Origin: an uncultured Chloroflexia bacterium
Lineage (GTDB): Bacteria > Chloroflexota > Chloroflexia > QHBQ01 > JADMIH01
Direction of reading: 5' to 3'
Length of the DNA: 64,000 nt
Assembly (NCBI GenBank): GCA_963797095.1
Contig: CAWCNY010000005.1
Span: forward strand, 192,001-256,000
This document shows, piece after piece, positions 20,015-29,669 of this stretch; position 1 is the stretch's first letter, and every line of letters begins with the position of its first letter. A program made the position numbers and the translations under genes. Below the pieces are notes generated by a model. The model saw only the letters and a list, made by a program, of their open reading frames with translations. It was not told the origin of the DNA and did not search any database.

Positions 20015-21790
20015 ATGAAGAAGGTACGATTTATCAATGTATATGTAATAGCTTTGTTGCTGCTGGCAGCAATCGTTTTACACGCTGGGAATCAGGCAGC
20101 GGCAGCAGACACCTGGGCACGCCTGGGAAGCCTGCCGCAGGGCACTTCGCTGCTTGCCTCGGACGGCGCGAATACATCGGTGCTGTACGCGTATGGCGGT
20201 GGGATCCAGCGCACGACCGATGGGGGCACGACATGGTCGGCATGCAATAAAGAAGCGCGGGCCATGTTCGTTTTGACGCCGCTGCCGGGGGCGAGCGGAA
20301 GCGCCAAGCTCTATGCGACTACGGCGAGCGGACTGCGCACAACAGATGACGGTTGCAAGACCTGGCATGACGTACCTACCTCCGACATTGCGCCTTCGGG
20401 AGCGCACATCCGCTGGCTTGCCTCCTACCCGAATAACCAATCTGTGTTGTACGCAGGGCTGGACGGACTCGGCGGACTCTACCGCTCCACCGATGCTGGC
20501 AGCACGTGGGAACCGGCATCAACGGGCTTGCCCGCCGGAGCATGGGTCACGTCGCTGGTAGCAGACCCTGACGCTCCGGCGAATATCATGATCGGGGTGC
20601 GCTTCACCGGGCGAGACCATCCCCCCTCTTATATCTACCGGTCTACTGACGGTGGCCTTAGCTGGCGCTCGTCGGGCATGGGCGTGTATGTAACGCCAAA
20701 CAGCGAAGCCTGGATAGCCGGGTTAGCGTGGAGCGGAGGCAACCTTGTGGCGGCGACCGCCCACGATGGTTTGTATCTTTCGACTGACAGGGGCGTAAGT
20801 TGGGCAGCGTCCACGACGCCACGTGGCAGCGAGGCATCTTCAACGGGTGACGGCACCGGGCCCACCGGCCTCAGAGTTGACTCGTTGCAGGGCACATGGG
20901 AAGGCGCGCTTGTGATCAACACTTCGGAGGGCGCGTTCGCCTCGATGGACGGCGCGCACACATGGCAAGCGTTCGGCCCTGAGGCGACTGCCGGTGTGCC
21001 CGCTCTCGTTACACTTGATATGAACAGCGGGCAGGTGCTGGTTGGGTCGGCAGGCTCTCTATATTCGTATCGCATCCCGAACGGCGCTACCCTGGTCTCA
21101 ACTGCCACCCCCAGGCCGGTCGACACAGCAACACCCACTCCGCCCCCACCACCGCAGATTCCAACCTCTACGCAAATACCGCCTACTGCAACACCTACCG
21201 CATCGCCGACGGCTCCGCCACCATCGCCAACTGAACCGGCGGTCAACGGCAAGGAAATCACAGCACGCGCCGAACCGCTCGACCCATCAATCGCCGATTA
21301 CTTTGAGCAGACCGGGCATAACATCGCGCATGGGTTCCGCGATTTCTGGAAGGCCAACGGCGGCGTCAGCCAGTTCGGCTATCCGATTACCGAAGAGTTC
21401 ACCGAGAACGGGGTGATAGTCCAGTACTTCGAGCGTGCGCGCTTCGAGTACAGAGACGGACAGGTTGTGCTTGGGCGGCTCGGCACCGAACTGACGGCAG
21501 GCACATTCTACAGGCCGATCCCGTTCTTCCCCAGCGAGGATACAAACGTCTTCTTCGGGGCGACAGGCCATTCGGTCAGCGGGCCGTTCCTTGAGTTCTG
21601 GCGAGACAACGGCGAAGAGGCATTTCTGGGCTACCCTCTGAGCGAAAGCTTCAAGGACGACGGCAGCGAATACCAGTGGTTCGAGCGCGCGCGCTTTGAG
21701 TGGCACCCATACCTCCCTGAGAGCAAGCGCATCGTGCTAGGGAACGTTGGCACAGAACTACTACAGAAGCGCGGCTGGCTGCCGAAGTAG
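20015..21790 (+). CDS. Secreted BNR/Asp-box beta-propeller protein with P/T linker and Chloroflexota-type surface repeat
   Basis: Signal peptide, repeated (R)STDGG.TW Asp boxes, a PT-rich linker and two C-terminal YF..TGH...GYP..E...Q.FERARFE repeats. Confidence 0.8.
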   Translation: MKKVRFINVYVIALLLLAAIVLHAGNQAAAADTWARLGSLPQGTSLLASDGANTSVLYAYGGGIQRTTDGGTTWSACNKEARAMFVLTPLPGASGSAKLYATTASGLRTTDDGCKTWHDVPTSDIAPSGAHIRWLASYPNNQSVLYAGLDGLGGLYRSTDAGSTWEPASTGLPAGAWVTSLVADPDAPANIMIGVRFTGRDHPPSYIYRSTDGGLSWRSSGMGVYVTPNSEAWIAGLAWSGGNLVAATAHDGLYLSTDRGVSWAASTTPRGSEASSTGDGTGPTGLRVDSLQGTWEGALVINTSEGAFASMDGAHTWQAFGPEATAGVPALVTLDMNSGQVLVGSAGSLYSYRIPNGATLVSTATPRPVDTATPTPPPPPQIPTSTQIPPTATPTASPTAPPPSPTEPAVNGKEITARAEPLDPSIADYFEQTGHNIAHGFRDFWKANGGVSQFGYPITEEFTENGVIVQYFERARFEYRDGQVVLGRLGTELTAGTFYRPIPFFPSEDTNVFFGATGHSVSGPFLEFWRDNGEEAFLGYPLSESFKDDGSEYQWFERARFEWHPYLPESKRIVLGNVGTELLQKRGWLPK

Positions 21791-21805
21791 GCGGGGAAAG
21801 CGCAC

Positions 21806-22763
21806 ATGGCGCGACCGATCATAGATCGTATCCTGGGCGACGGCGGCATGGAGGGCCTGACCGAATACCTCGGTCAGCGGGTCGCCCCCACCGACCTGCA
21901 ATCGTTGCTGCTGGCCGTGTACAGGCAGCGAGCCGCCCGGCAGACGCCTGCGCGCCTGCTCGACCAATATGCCAACAACCGCTTTGTGCGCCCTGGAACA
22001 ACCGATCCACGTGCGCGTGTCGAAGTAGACCGGTTGGCGTTTGCGTGTGCACCCGATTTTGATGCGGTTGAGTTGTCACCTGTGTGCCCTCTCGGCACGA
22101 CATCCTCCCTGGGACCGGTTGACCAGAACAGTGTGGTCGCTACCATCCGGAATACAGAGGTGGTGTCCGACTGCACGAATGTCCTGGCTCTCGAATGCGC
22201 GATGCGGAGACGCGCTCTCCGCAAAGAGGCCGAAACCGCAGGCGATGTTGTCAGGCTCTGCACAAGCCAGCGCCTGCTGAGGGCACAGAACTACAACCGC
22301 CCAGGTATGAGCGCCCATTTTCATATATTCGCTATGTGTACGGCGGGGCGCGCACTGGACGGCTACAGGTTCGAGTTGCAAGCCCTCAACGAGCAGATCG
22401 CTTGCCATATCAAGTTGCTGGAGGCAATCGGTGAGATCGGCTATCAGGCCCGCGATATAAGGGTGGCCTTTACCGATCTGCCGGACTCAGCGTTCAATGA
22501 GCGGCTACAGGATGTGCCAATCGCATCTCTGCCTGCCAGGTTTTGGCGATATGAAGATCGAGTACCAACCGGAGAAAGTCACCGCAAAGGGCTACTATCA
22601 GCCGGCAAGATTCCACCTATACGCTCGTGACAGGGCGGGAACAGAGCATGAATTGGCCGATGGTGGCTTCACCAGTTGGATACAGCAGCTACTGAGCGAC
22701 CGCAAGGAGCGTCTTCTGATCAGCGGCATTGCCACAGAGCGAATCTGTGCTCTGCTGGCGTAA
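21806..22763 (+). pseudogene. Uncharacterised protein with class II aaRS-like C-terminus, split by a single-base frameshift (pseudogene or sequencing error)
   Basis: ORFs 21806-22630 and 22497-22763 join into one protein if one T is removed from TTTT at 22541-22544. The product ends ELADGGF.SW...ISGIATERI. Confidence 0.6.
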
Positions 22764-22842
22764 ATATGGAGAGTGGCCTACCACAATCCTATCCACACTC
22801 GATTGCCATTTGCGCAAGCGCAGTTGTGGTACAATGCCCCAA

Positions 22843-25323
22843 ATGAAGCTGACTCAACTTATCGACCACATGCGCCGCTCGACCCTCTGGAAGGAGCGAG
22901 TCACCTGCTGGTACGACACGCCGCCACGCCCGGCGCAAACCGCACCCTTCCCCGAATGGGTGCACCCCGACCTGGTGAGGATTCTCAAAGAGCGCGGGGT
23001 CCGCGAGCTATATACCCACCAGCGCGATGCGGTGGACGCCGTTCATCGCGGCGAGCACGTGGTGGTGGTCACGCCCACCGCATCCGGCAAGACCCTCTGC
23101 TACAACCTGCCGGTTCTCAACACGATCCTTGAGGACCCGGACGCGCGCGCCCTCTATCTCTTCCCGACGAAGGCATTGGCCCAGGACCAGCTTGCGAGCC
23201 TGCACGAAATCTCTAGGGCCCTTGACCGGGAGATCAAGACTTTCACCTACGATGGCGACACATCGCCCTCGGCGCGGAAACTGGTGCGCACCGCCGGGCA
23301 TGTTGTGATCTCCAACCCAGACATGTTGCACACCGGCGTGCTGCCGCATCACACCAAGTGGGTGCGCCTGTTCGAGAATTTGCGCTATGTCGTGATAGAC
23401 GAATTGCACAACTACCGGGGCGTATTTGGTTCCCATGTGGCGAATTTGATGCGCCGCCTTGTTCGCATCTGCGAGTTCTACGGCTCAAGCCCGCAGTTTA
23501 TTTGTGCGTCCGCTACCATCGGCAACCCCGGTGAGCTAGCGGCACGGGTACTTGGTATCTCCGGCGAAGAGCAAGCAGAGTTTGCCCTCTCTGATGGTGG
23601 CTCGCGATCCTTGCGGACGATCAGCAACAACGGCGCACCGCAAGGCCCAAAGACCTTCATCTTTTACAACCCACCCGTGATCAACAAGGAGCTTGGCATC
23701 CGGCGCTCGGCTCTGCTGGAAGCCACCGACATTGCATCGCAACTCCTCGCCAACGATATCCAGACGGTAGTGTTCGGGCGCACCAGGCAAACCGTTGAGG
23801 TGCTCCTATCATACCTGCGAGAGGCCTACGCCCGCAGGCGGCAAACCATAGACGGCAGGCCGCAGAACGTCAGCCGCCAGTTCGCGACAGGCAGCGCCCC
23901 ACCCTCCACAGTGCGGCGGCCATCATCCAGCGTCGAGACTGCGATCAGAGGCTACCGGGGCGGGTACTTGCCGACCCAGCGCCGCGAGATCGAGCGGGGT
24001 CTGCGCGACGGCACGGTACGCACCGTGGTCAGCACCAATGCGCTTGAGCTTGGCGTTGATATCGGCGCGCTTGAAGCATCTGTGCTCGTTGGATACCCTG
24101 GCACGGTAGCCTCCATGTGGCAGCAGGCGGGACGGGCGGGCAGGCGCAATAGCCATTCGATGGCTGTGATGGTCGCAGGGTCGTCGGCCCTCGACCAGTA
24201 TGTAGTCAATAATCCCGAATACTTCTTCGAGAGGTCGCCAGAAAACGGGCTGATCAACCCCGACAACCTCTACATCCTGATGTCGCATCTCCAGTGCGCG
24301 GCTTTCGAGTTACCGTTCCGCGACGGAGAGTCTTTCGGCACGCTCCCTGCCACCGAGGCTGCCGCCATGCTGGCCTATCTTGAAGAATCGCTGGTGGTAC
24401 GCCATGCAGGCGGGATGTGGCACTGGTCGTCTGAAAACTTCCCCGCAGAAAACATAAGTTTGCGTACCGCAGCAAGCGAGAACTTTGTTATAATAGACAC
24501 CACCGACGCGACCCCGCGTATTATCGGTGAGATGGATCGCTTCTCGGTGCTGACTATGCTGCACGAAGATGCAATCTACCTGCACGAAGGTCAGCAATAT
24601 CACGTAGACAAGCTCGAATGGGAGGAGCAAAAGGCTTACGTCCGGGCGGTGGAGGCCGATTACTATACCGACGCCGAACTGGTGGTTGCCCTCAAAATCC
24701 TTGAGGTCGCCCAATCCGACGGCCTACAATTGGCAACGGACTATGGGGTTGCAAACAGTGACACATGGCCTCCTGATACGACCGTTCAGCCGCCCGTTCT
24801 GCGAGGTCACGGCGACGTAATGGTGACGGCGCAGCCCACCATCTACAAAAAGATCAAGCTGGGCACGCACGAAAACGTCGGATGGGGTAAAATACACCTG
24901 CCCGAACAGGAGCTACACACAACTGCATACTGGCTCTCAATCCCATCGACCGTTGCCGACAGCCTACCTACGAAGGTGGCGCTGCAATCCGGGCTGGTGG
25001 GTGTGGCAAATGCTCTGTCGGGGATAGCGCCACTCTACCTGATGTGCGACCCCCGCGACCTGGGCGTGGTACCCCAGATGAAGAATCCTTTCACGAACCA
25101 GAGCACGATCTTCATCTACGATACCTACCCCGGAGGAATTGGCTTTAGCAAGAAGCTCTATGAGATGCACAAGACGCTTCTGGAAGCCGCTGATGAACTG
25201 ATCGCGGCTTGTCCTTGTGTAGAAGGATGTCCGTCCTGTGTAGGCCCAGCCTTACAGGTCGGTCCTGACGGCAAACGCCATGCGCAGGAACTTATCCGGG
25301 GCCTGCTGGCGGCGACCCGATAA
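22843..25323 (+). CDS. DEAD/DEAH-box SF2 helicase with C-terminal DUF1998 Zn domain (MrfA/YprA/SftH/Hrq1-like)
   Basis: Motifs LYTHQ, PTASGKT, DELH, SATIGN, TNALELGVDIG, QQAGRAGRR and LMCD...CPCVEGCPSC. The start is placed 7 nt after TGGTACAAT (leaderless). Confidence 0.92.
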   Translation: MKLTQLIDHMRRSTLWKERVTCWYDTPPRPAQTAPFPEWVHPDLVRILKERGVRELYTHQRDAVDAVHRGEHVVVVTPTASGKTLCYNLPVLNTILEDPDARALYLFPTKALAQDQLASLHEISRALDREIKTFTYDGDTSPSARKLVRTAGHVVISNPDMLHTGVLPHHTKWVRLFENLRYVVIDELHNYRGVFGSHVANLMRRLVRICEFYGSSPQFICASATIGNPGELAARVLGISGEEQAEFALSDGGSRSLRTISNNGAPQGPKTFIFYNPPVINKELGIRRSALLEATDIASQLLANDIQTVVFGRTRQTVEVLLSYLREAYARRRQTIDGRPQNVSRQFATGSAPPSTVRRPSSSVETAIRGYRGGYLPTQRREIERGLRDGTVRTVVSTNALELGVDIGALEASVLVGYPGTVASMWQQAGRAGRRNSHSMAVMVAGSSALDQYVVNNPEYFFERSPENGLINPDNLYILMSHLQCAAFELPFRDGESFGTLPATEAAAMLAYLEESLVVRHAGGMWHWSSENFPAENISLRTAASENFVIIDTTDATPRIIGEMDRFSVLTMLHEDAIYLHEGQQYHVDKLEWEEQKAYVRAVEADYYTDAELVVALKILEVAQSDGLQLATDYGVANSDTWPPDTTVQPPVLRGHGDVMVTAQPTIYKKIKLGTHENVGWGKIHLPEQELHTTAYWLSIPSTVADSLPTKVALQSGLVGVANALSGIAPLYLMCDPRDLGVVPQMKNPFTNQSTIFIYDTYPGGIGFSKKLYEMHKTLLEAADELIAACPCVEGCPSCVGPALQVGPDGKRHAQELIRGLLAATR

Positions 25324-25469
25324 ATGCATAGTGGAATCGGGGCGCGGGGACCAACAAACGCCGCCCGTCAGCGATAATAGTTTAGCAAGTAATGTCGCGC
25401 CGCCGGCCTCTAAGCTGGCAACGCGACCGGTGCCGAAAAGCCGATTACCCGACATCAAAGGAGACTTCC

Positions 25470-25643
25470 ATGATCATGCGCAAGAAGGTAAGGGAAAACC
25501 CGCTCAAGGGCTGCCTGATCTCGCTACTTACTATCGTAGGGCTGCTCATAGCTTGTTTCCTGTTCTGCACAGTAATGTTCCAGTTGAATCAGGTCGCCAC
25601 GGGCGCTAATTCCTCGGACATAATGACGCTTCTGTTCGGTTGA
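25470..25643 (+). CDS. Small single-pass membrane protein (57 aa)
   Basis: Strong RBS AAAGGAG before the ATG; basic N-terminus followed by a hydrophobic helix. Confidence 0.55.
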   Translation: MIMRKKVRENPLKGCLISLLTIVGLLIACFLFCTVMFQLNQVATGANSSDIMTLLFG

Positions 25644-25701
25644 TAACTCAAGGCCCAGGTCCGACATCAATCTGGCCCTGAGCCTTGACTCTGGACCAAT
25701 C

Positions 25702-26691
25702 ATGCGTATTTTGATGACCCAACTGGCCCCACGGGTTGCGGTAGAGCGCCTTCGCTCGGCGCTCGAACCGCCCGATGTGCTGGACATCAACCCCGATCCG
25801 GACCGTATATGGACCAGGAGCGAGCTTATCGAGCGCCTGCGGCAAGGCAACTACGATGCGCTCTATTGCATGCTCACCAATCCGATCGATGCCGAGGTGC
25901 TGGACGCGGCTCCAGGGCTGAAGATCATCGCCAACATGGCCGTTGGCTACAACAACATCGACATCAAGGAAGCCACGCGCCGGGGTATCCCCGTATCCAA
26001 CACACCGGGCGTCCTGACCGATACCACAGCCGACTTCGCCTGGACCCTCCTGATGGCCTCTGCGCGCCGCCTGGGAGAAGCCGAACGCTTCCTTAGAGCG
26101 GGCAAGTTCCACGGCTGGGGCCCTCTTATGATGGTCGGCCACGATGTTCACGGCAAGACCCTGGGCATTATCGGATTCGGGCGCATCGGGCGTGCGGTCG
26201 CCAGGCGAGCCACAGGTTTCAACATGCGCGTCCTCTACCACGACAAGTACGTGGCCGACCCCGACGCCGAGCGCACCCTCAATGCACGCTCGGCCACCCT
26301 GGACGAGCTATTATCCGAATCGGACTTCGTAACGATCCACACCGACTACAACCCCGAATCGCACCACCTTATCGGCGCGCCGCAACTCGCTATGATGAAG
26401 CCAACCGCTCACCTTATCAACAGCGCTCGCGGCCCTATCGTAGACGAGGCGGCCCTGGCCGCCGCCCTGAAACAGGGCACAATCGCGGGCGCGGGGCTGG
26501 ACGTTTACGAGGAAGAACCAAGAGTTCACCCAGGGTTACTTGAGTTGGATAACGTGGTGCTAGCGCCCCACATAGCCTCTGCCTCTCTCGATACGCGCAA
26601 CTCGATGGCCCTCACAGCCGCCGAAAATATCCTCGCGGCCCTTGAGGGGAAGCGCGCACCCGATTGCGTCAATCCGGAAGCATACGGTTGA
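25702..26691 (+). CDS. D-glycerate dehydrogenase/glyoxylate reductase (D-2-hydroxyacid dehydrogenase family)
   Basis: Motifs AVGYNNID, NTPGVLTDTTAD, GIIGFGRIG, INSARG, GLDVYEEEP and PHIAS. Confidence 0.92.
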   Translation: MRILMTQLAPRVAVERLRSALEPPDVLDINPDPDRIWTRSELIERLRQGNYDALYCMLTNPIDAEVLDAAPGLKIIANMAVGYNNIDIKEATRRGIPVSNTPGVLTDTTADFAWTLLMASARRLGEAERFLRAGKFHGWGPLMMVGHDVHGKTLGIIGFGRIGRAVARRATGFNMRVLYHDKYVADPDAERTLNARSATLDELLSESDFVTIHTDYNPESHHLIGAPQLAMMKPTAHLINSARGPIVDEAALAAALKQGTIAGAGLDVYEEEPRVHPGLLELDNVVLAPHIASASLDTRNSMALTAAENILAALEGKRAPDCVNPEAYG

Positions 26692-26709
26692 TGCAATATC
26701 CTGCGGCGC

Positions 26710-27048
26710 TCAGGATTGTACCGCCAGCAAGAACTCCCGCAAGGCATCCAGGCAAGCCGATACACGTGGGAAGGTGCGCAACGTCATAACGCGCCCATCC
26801 AGGAATAACGAGATAAAGAAGCACGCGTGAGGCTCACCTTCCATTCCCCAACCGGGCTTTGTAGTATCAACGTGCTGCACCCCGAGGTAAGCCTTGATCC
26901 TGCCCGATCTATAGACGCCCAATCTTCGCGTGCGACCCCACCCTACTATCCCGGCGCGCTCGTATTCGTCGGGTGAGTCGTCCCATTGCGGGCGGTACTC
27001 GCGGTGCCACTCGATTGATCGCCTCAATTCATCGTGGGTGAAGGTCAT
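26710..27048 (-). CDS. Hypothetical protein
   Basis: Overlaps the upstream stop (ATGA), has plausible composition and is last in a three-gene run. Confidence 0.55.
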   Translation of the reverse strand: MTFTHDELRRSIEWHREYRPQWDDSPDEYERAGIVGWGRTRRLGVYRSGRIKAYLGVQHVDTTKPGWGMEGEPHACFFISLFLDGRVMTLRTFPRVSACLDALREFLLAVQS

Positions 27049-27746
27049 GCTGCTTTATCGGCGCGCTCCAGCACAGCCCACCCTTCGGACCACCTGGGGT
27101 CCTCACCATTGGGGTCGTAGTATTCCACAAGGTCGGGTAGCGCGCTCTGTGCGTCAGTAAATGTCAGCTTCAGCAGCGCCCCTTTGCCGGGGTACGGGTG
27201 AGGCAGCCTGATCGAGGAAATATCAATCGGCAAGCCCGTGAAGCCTGCACGGGATACCGCGAAGATATCCCCATGTGTGACGGCCACTACCACCTCACCC
27301 TGGTGGGCGCGCCGCACGCGCCGGACAAACCTGCTGATGCGCGCCCATATAGCGTCCAGGCCTTCATCGTGGAGATATATGCGCCGGTTGTAGAAATCGA
27401 ACCGAATCTGCTCAAGCTCCGCGTGTGGCCTCCCCTGCCAGCCGGTGCGCACCTCGTTCAGCCACTGCGACACGTGTATCGGCACACCGGGGTGCCTGCT
27501 CGCAAGCACCCCGGTGGTCTGGCGAGCGCGCAACATAGGCGAAGTATAGAACGCGCTCACCGGCACGCCCGCCAGCACCTCCGCCGTGACCCATGCCTGT
27601 TTCCGGCCTATCTCACTCAGGCCGAACCTGGGAAGACGACCGTAAAGTATGTCGGCGGGGTTGTGAACGTCTGTGTGACGGACTATGTATATTATTGCCG
27701 GTGGGCTACTCTTCGCGCTCAACTCGGCGTCGTGCATAGTGGTCAT
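27045..27746 (-). CDS. Histidine phosphatase family protein
   Basis: IYIVRHT (a variant of RHG), TSPMLRARQT, LNEV and VTHGD. Confidence 0.85.
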   Translation of the reverse strand: MTTMHDAELSAKSSPPAIIYIVRHTDVHNPADILYGRLPRFGLSEIGRKQAWVTAEVLAGVPVSAFYTSPMLRARQTTGVLASRHPGVPIHVSQWLNEVRTGWQGRPHAELEQIRFDFYNRRIYLHDEGLDAIWARISRFVRRVRRAHQGEVVVAVTHGDIFAVSRAGFTGLPIDISSIRLPHPYPGKGALLKLTFTDAQSALPDLVEYYDPNGEDPRWSEGWAVLERADKAA

Positions 27747-28555
27747 GCTCGCATGACGATCCGGCGGAACGCCTCGGCGTATTTGACGCCGAACGGCTCA
27801 CCGATCATGGCCGCCCGCTGCTTGATCCTATCCGCAAGCTCGACAGCGTCCCCTACCTGGCTCTTGTGGCACTTCAACGCCTCCACCTTGTCTTCAATCA
27901 CATCACTGATATCTACAAGCACATTGGCGTGGTCACTGCCCCACAGGTAAATCTCCTTCACCTTGTGCGGCTCCAAACCTTCCCTGATCTGCTCGTTGAA
28001 CTGGAGGGGATCGCGCGCCGTCGGATAGATAGCATCCACTGTAGACAGCCCTACCGCCCGGTGGTCCGGGTGGTTGATGAACTCATTGCCGTGAAAGAGA
28101 GCCAGCGGGTCATGCGTAATCACCGCGTAGGGCTTGTACTTCCTGATCATCTTCGTGATCGCGCCGCGCAACTCCAGGTTGGGCAGCAGTTCACCGTCCG
28201 GAAACCTCAAAAACTCCACCGTGGTGACCCCTACCCTTGCTGCCGCCGCCTTCTGCTCGTCCTCTCTCTGCGAACTAAGTCGCTGGCGGGTCATATCCTT
28301 ATCGGGTGTGCCCTTGTCACCACTCGTCACCAGTACGAACACAACCTCGATACCATTCCGCACCCAGCTGGCAACCGTCCCTGCCGACGAAAATTCGGGG
28401 TCATCGGGGTGGGCAGCCACCAGCATGACACGCTTCTGCTCCGGCGTAAGTTCGGCGTCCGCGGGTCCGGGCCTCAAAATTGGTGATAGAGTCGGACCCG
28501 TCCAGGCATTCGATGGCATACCACTTGCTGTGGCTTGACTCTGTTGATCTGACAT
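27743..28555 (-). CDS. PIG-L/LmbE family deacetylase
   Basis: Motifs AHPDD.E, T.GDKG, HPDHR and ALKCHKSQ. Confidence 0.9.
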   Translation of the reverse strand: MSDQQSQATASGMPSNAWTGPTLSPILRPGPADAELTPEQKRVMLVAAHPDDPEFSSAGTVASWVRNGIEVVFVLVTSGDKGTPDKDMTRQRLSSQREDEQKAAAARVGVTTVEFLRFPDGELLPNLELRGAITKMIRKYKPYAVITHDPLALFHGNEFINHPDHRAVGLSTVDAIYPTARDPLQFNEQIREGLEPHKVKEIYLWGSDHANVLVDISDVIEDKVEALKCHKSQVGDAVELADRIKQRAAMIGEPFGVKYAEAFRRIVMRA

Positions 28556-28714
28556 TATTGGACTCCCTTTTAGTGTGGATTACTTGATCAAGTATCCTCT
28601 GAGTAAGTATATTATGAGGAGGTTTTCAACCGTCAATTCTGAGTAGTCCGCGAAAAGCAACCTTTTAGAGATTAGCACGCTTGTGCAGCACCGTCAAGGT
28701 GACCAAATCCCATT

Positions 28715-29083
28715 ATGGACGAAATTGCACTCACAGGGCTGACCTTCTTCGGCACACACGGCGCTAACCCTGAAGAGACATCCCTGGGCCAACGCTTCGG
28801 AGTGGACATTTCGGTCTGGCTGGATCTCTCCGAAGCGGCCTCGTCAGACACGTTGGCCGATACTGTTAGCTACTCCGCTATCTTCAAGATCGCCCGCAAG
28901 GAGGTGGAGGGCAGCCCAAGCCAATTGCTGGAACATCTCGCGGGCAGGCTCCTCACCGCCATACTGGCCCACGACCGCCGCATCAAGAAAGCTCGCGTAA
29001 AAGTATCGAAACTGAATCCTCCCCTCAAAGGAAGCGCCACAGGTCACGTTTCGGTCATAATGGAACTTTTGCAGAAAAATTAG
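28715..29083 (+). CDS. folB: Dihydroneopterin aldolase
   Basis: Motifs F.GTHG..PEE..LGQRF.VD, SD.L.DTVSY, LLEHLA and VSKLNPP. Confidence 0.92.
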   Translation: MDEIALTGLTFFGTHGANPEETSLGQRFGVDISVWLDLSEAASSDTLADTVSYSAIFKIARKEVEGSPSQLLEHLAGRLLTAILAHDRRIKKARVKVSKLNPPLKGSATGHVSVIMELLQKN

Positions 29084-29086
29084 CTG

Positions 29087-29539
29087 ATGGATTCTACGCT
29101 TCAGATTAGGGCCCTATACTCTCCATCAGGCAAATCCGCCACGTTTGTTACGCCGGAAAGGGTTCCGCCACCCCACAACTCAGCCAAAGACATACTCATT
29201 GTCGAGGATGAGCAGGCGCTCTGCGACCTGCTGGCCGACATCCTGGAAGGCGAGGGGTATGTCGCTCGCAAAGCTGCCAATGGCCTCGAAGCCCTGCAAT
29301 TGATCGCGGAGCGAAGGCCCAACCTTATCTTTTTGGACATGATGATGCCGGTGATGGATGGCTGGCAATTCCTCAACGAGTTGCACGCCAACCCTATGTG
29401 GACAGCTATTCCCGTGGTGCTGATGACTGCTGTTTACGACATGGCTTCTCTTGAGCACAAAACAGGCGCGCGGGCCATACTCTCCAAGCCTTTCGACATA
29501 GAGCTTATCATTGAGTCGGTCAGGTTCTTTGCGGATTGA
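29087..29539 (+). CDS. Single-domain response regulator
   Basis: Motifs ILIVEDE, FLDMMMPVMDG, LMTA and LSKPF. Confidence 0.9.
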   Translation: MDSTLQIRALYSPSGKSATFVTPERVPPPHNSAKDILIVEDEQALCDLLADILEGEGYVARKAANGLEALQLIAERRPNLIFLDMMMPVMDGWQFLNELHANPMWTAIPVVLMTAVYDMASLEHKTGARAILSKPFDIELIIESVRFFAD

Positions 29540-29669
29540 GTTGCTTGAGGCCGCTGCCCGGTCCCGTCCGGTCCGTGTGCGCCTGTATCCTTTGTCGTGT
29601 ATAATTGACTAAAGCGCGCCCGGCACACTGAGGCGCGCGCTGTTTGTACGGAAAGGGTACTCGGACTTA

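Noticed and set aside
22843-25323. DUF1998 helicase as a DISARM/Druantia-type defence system
   Set aside because: There are no drm, DNA methylase or nuclease neighbours. Its size and motifs fit the stand-alone MrfA/YprA repair helicase.
18019-29083. folE-folP-folK, folB, thyX and que genes as a novel pterin or deazapurine system
   Set aside because: All are canonical housekeeping enzymes, they are dispersed, and no dpd or queCDE genes are present.
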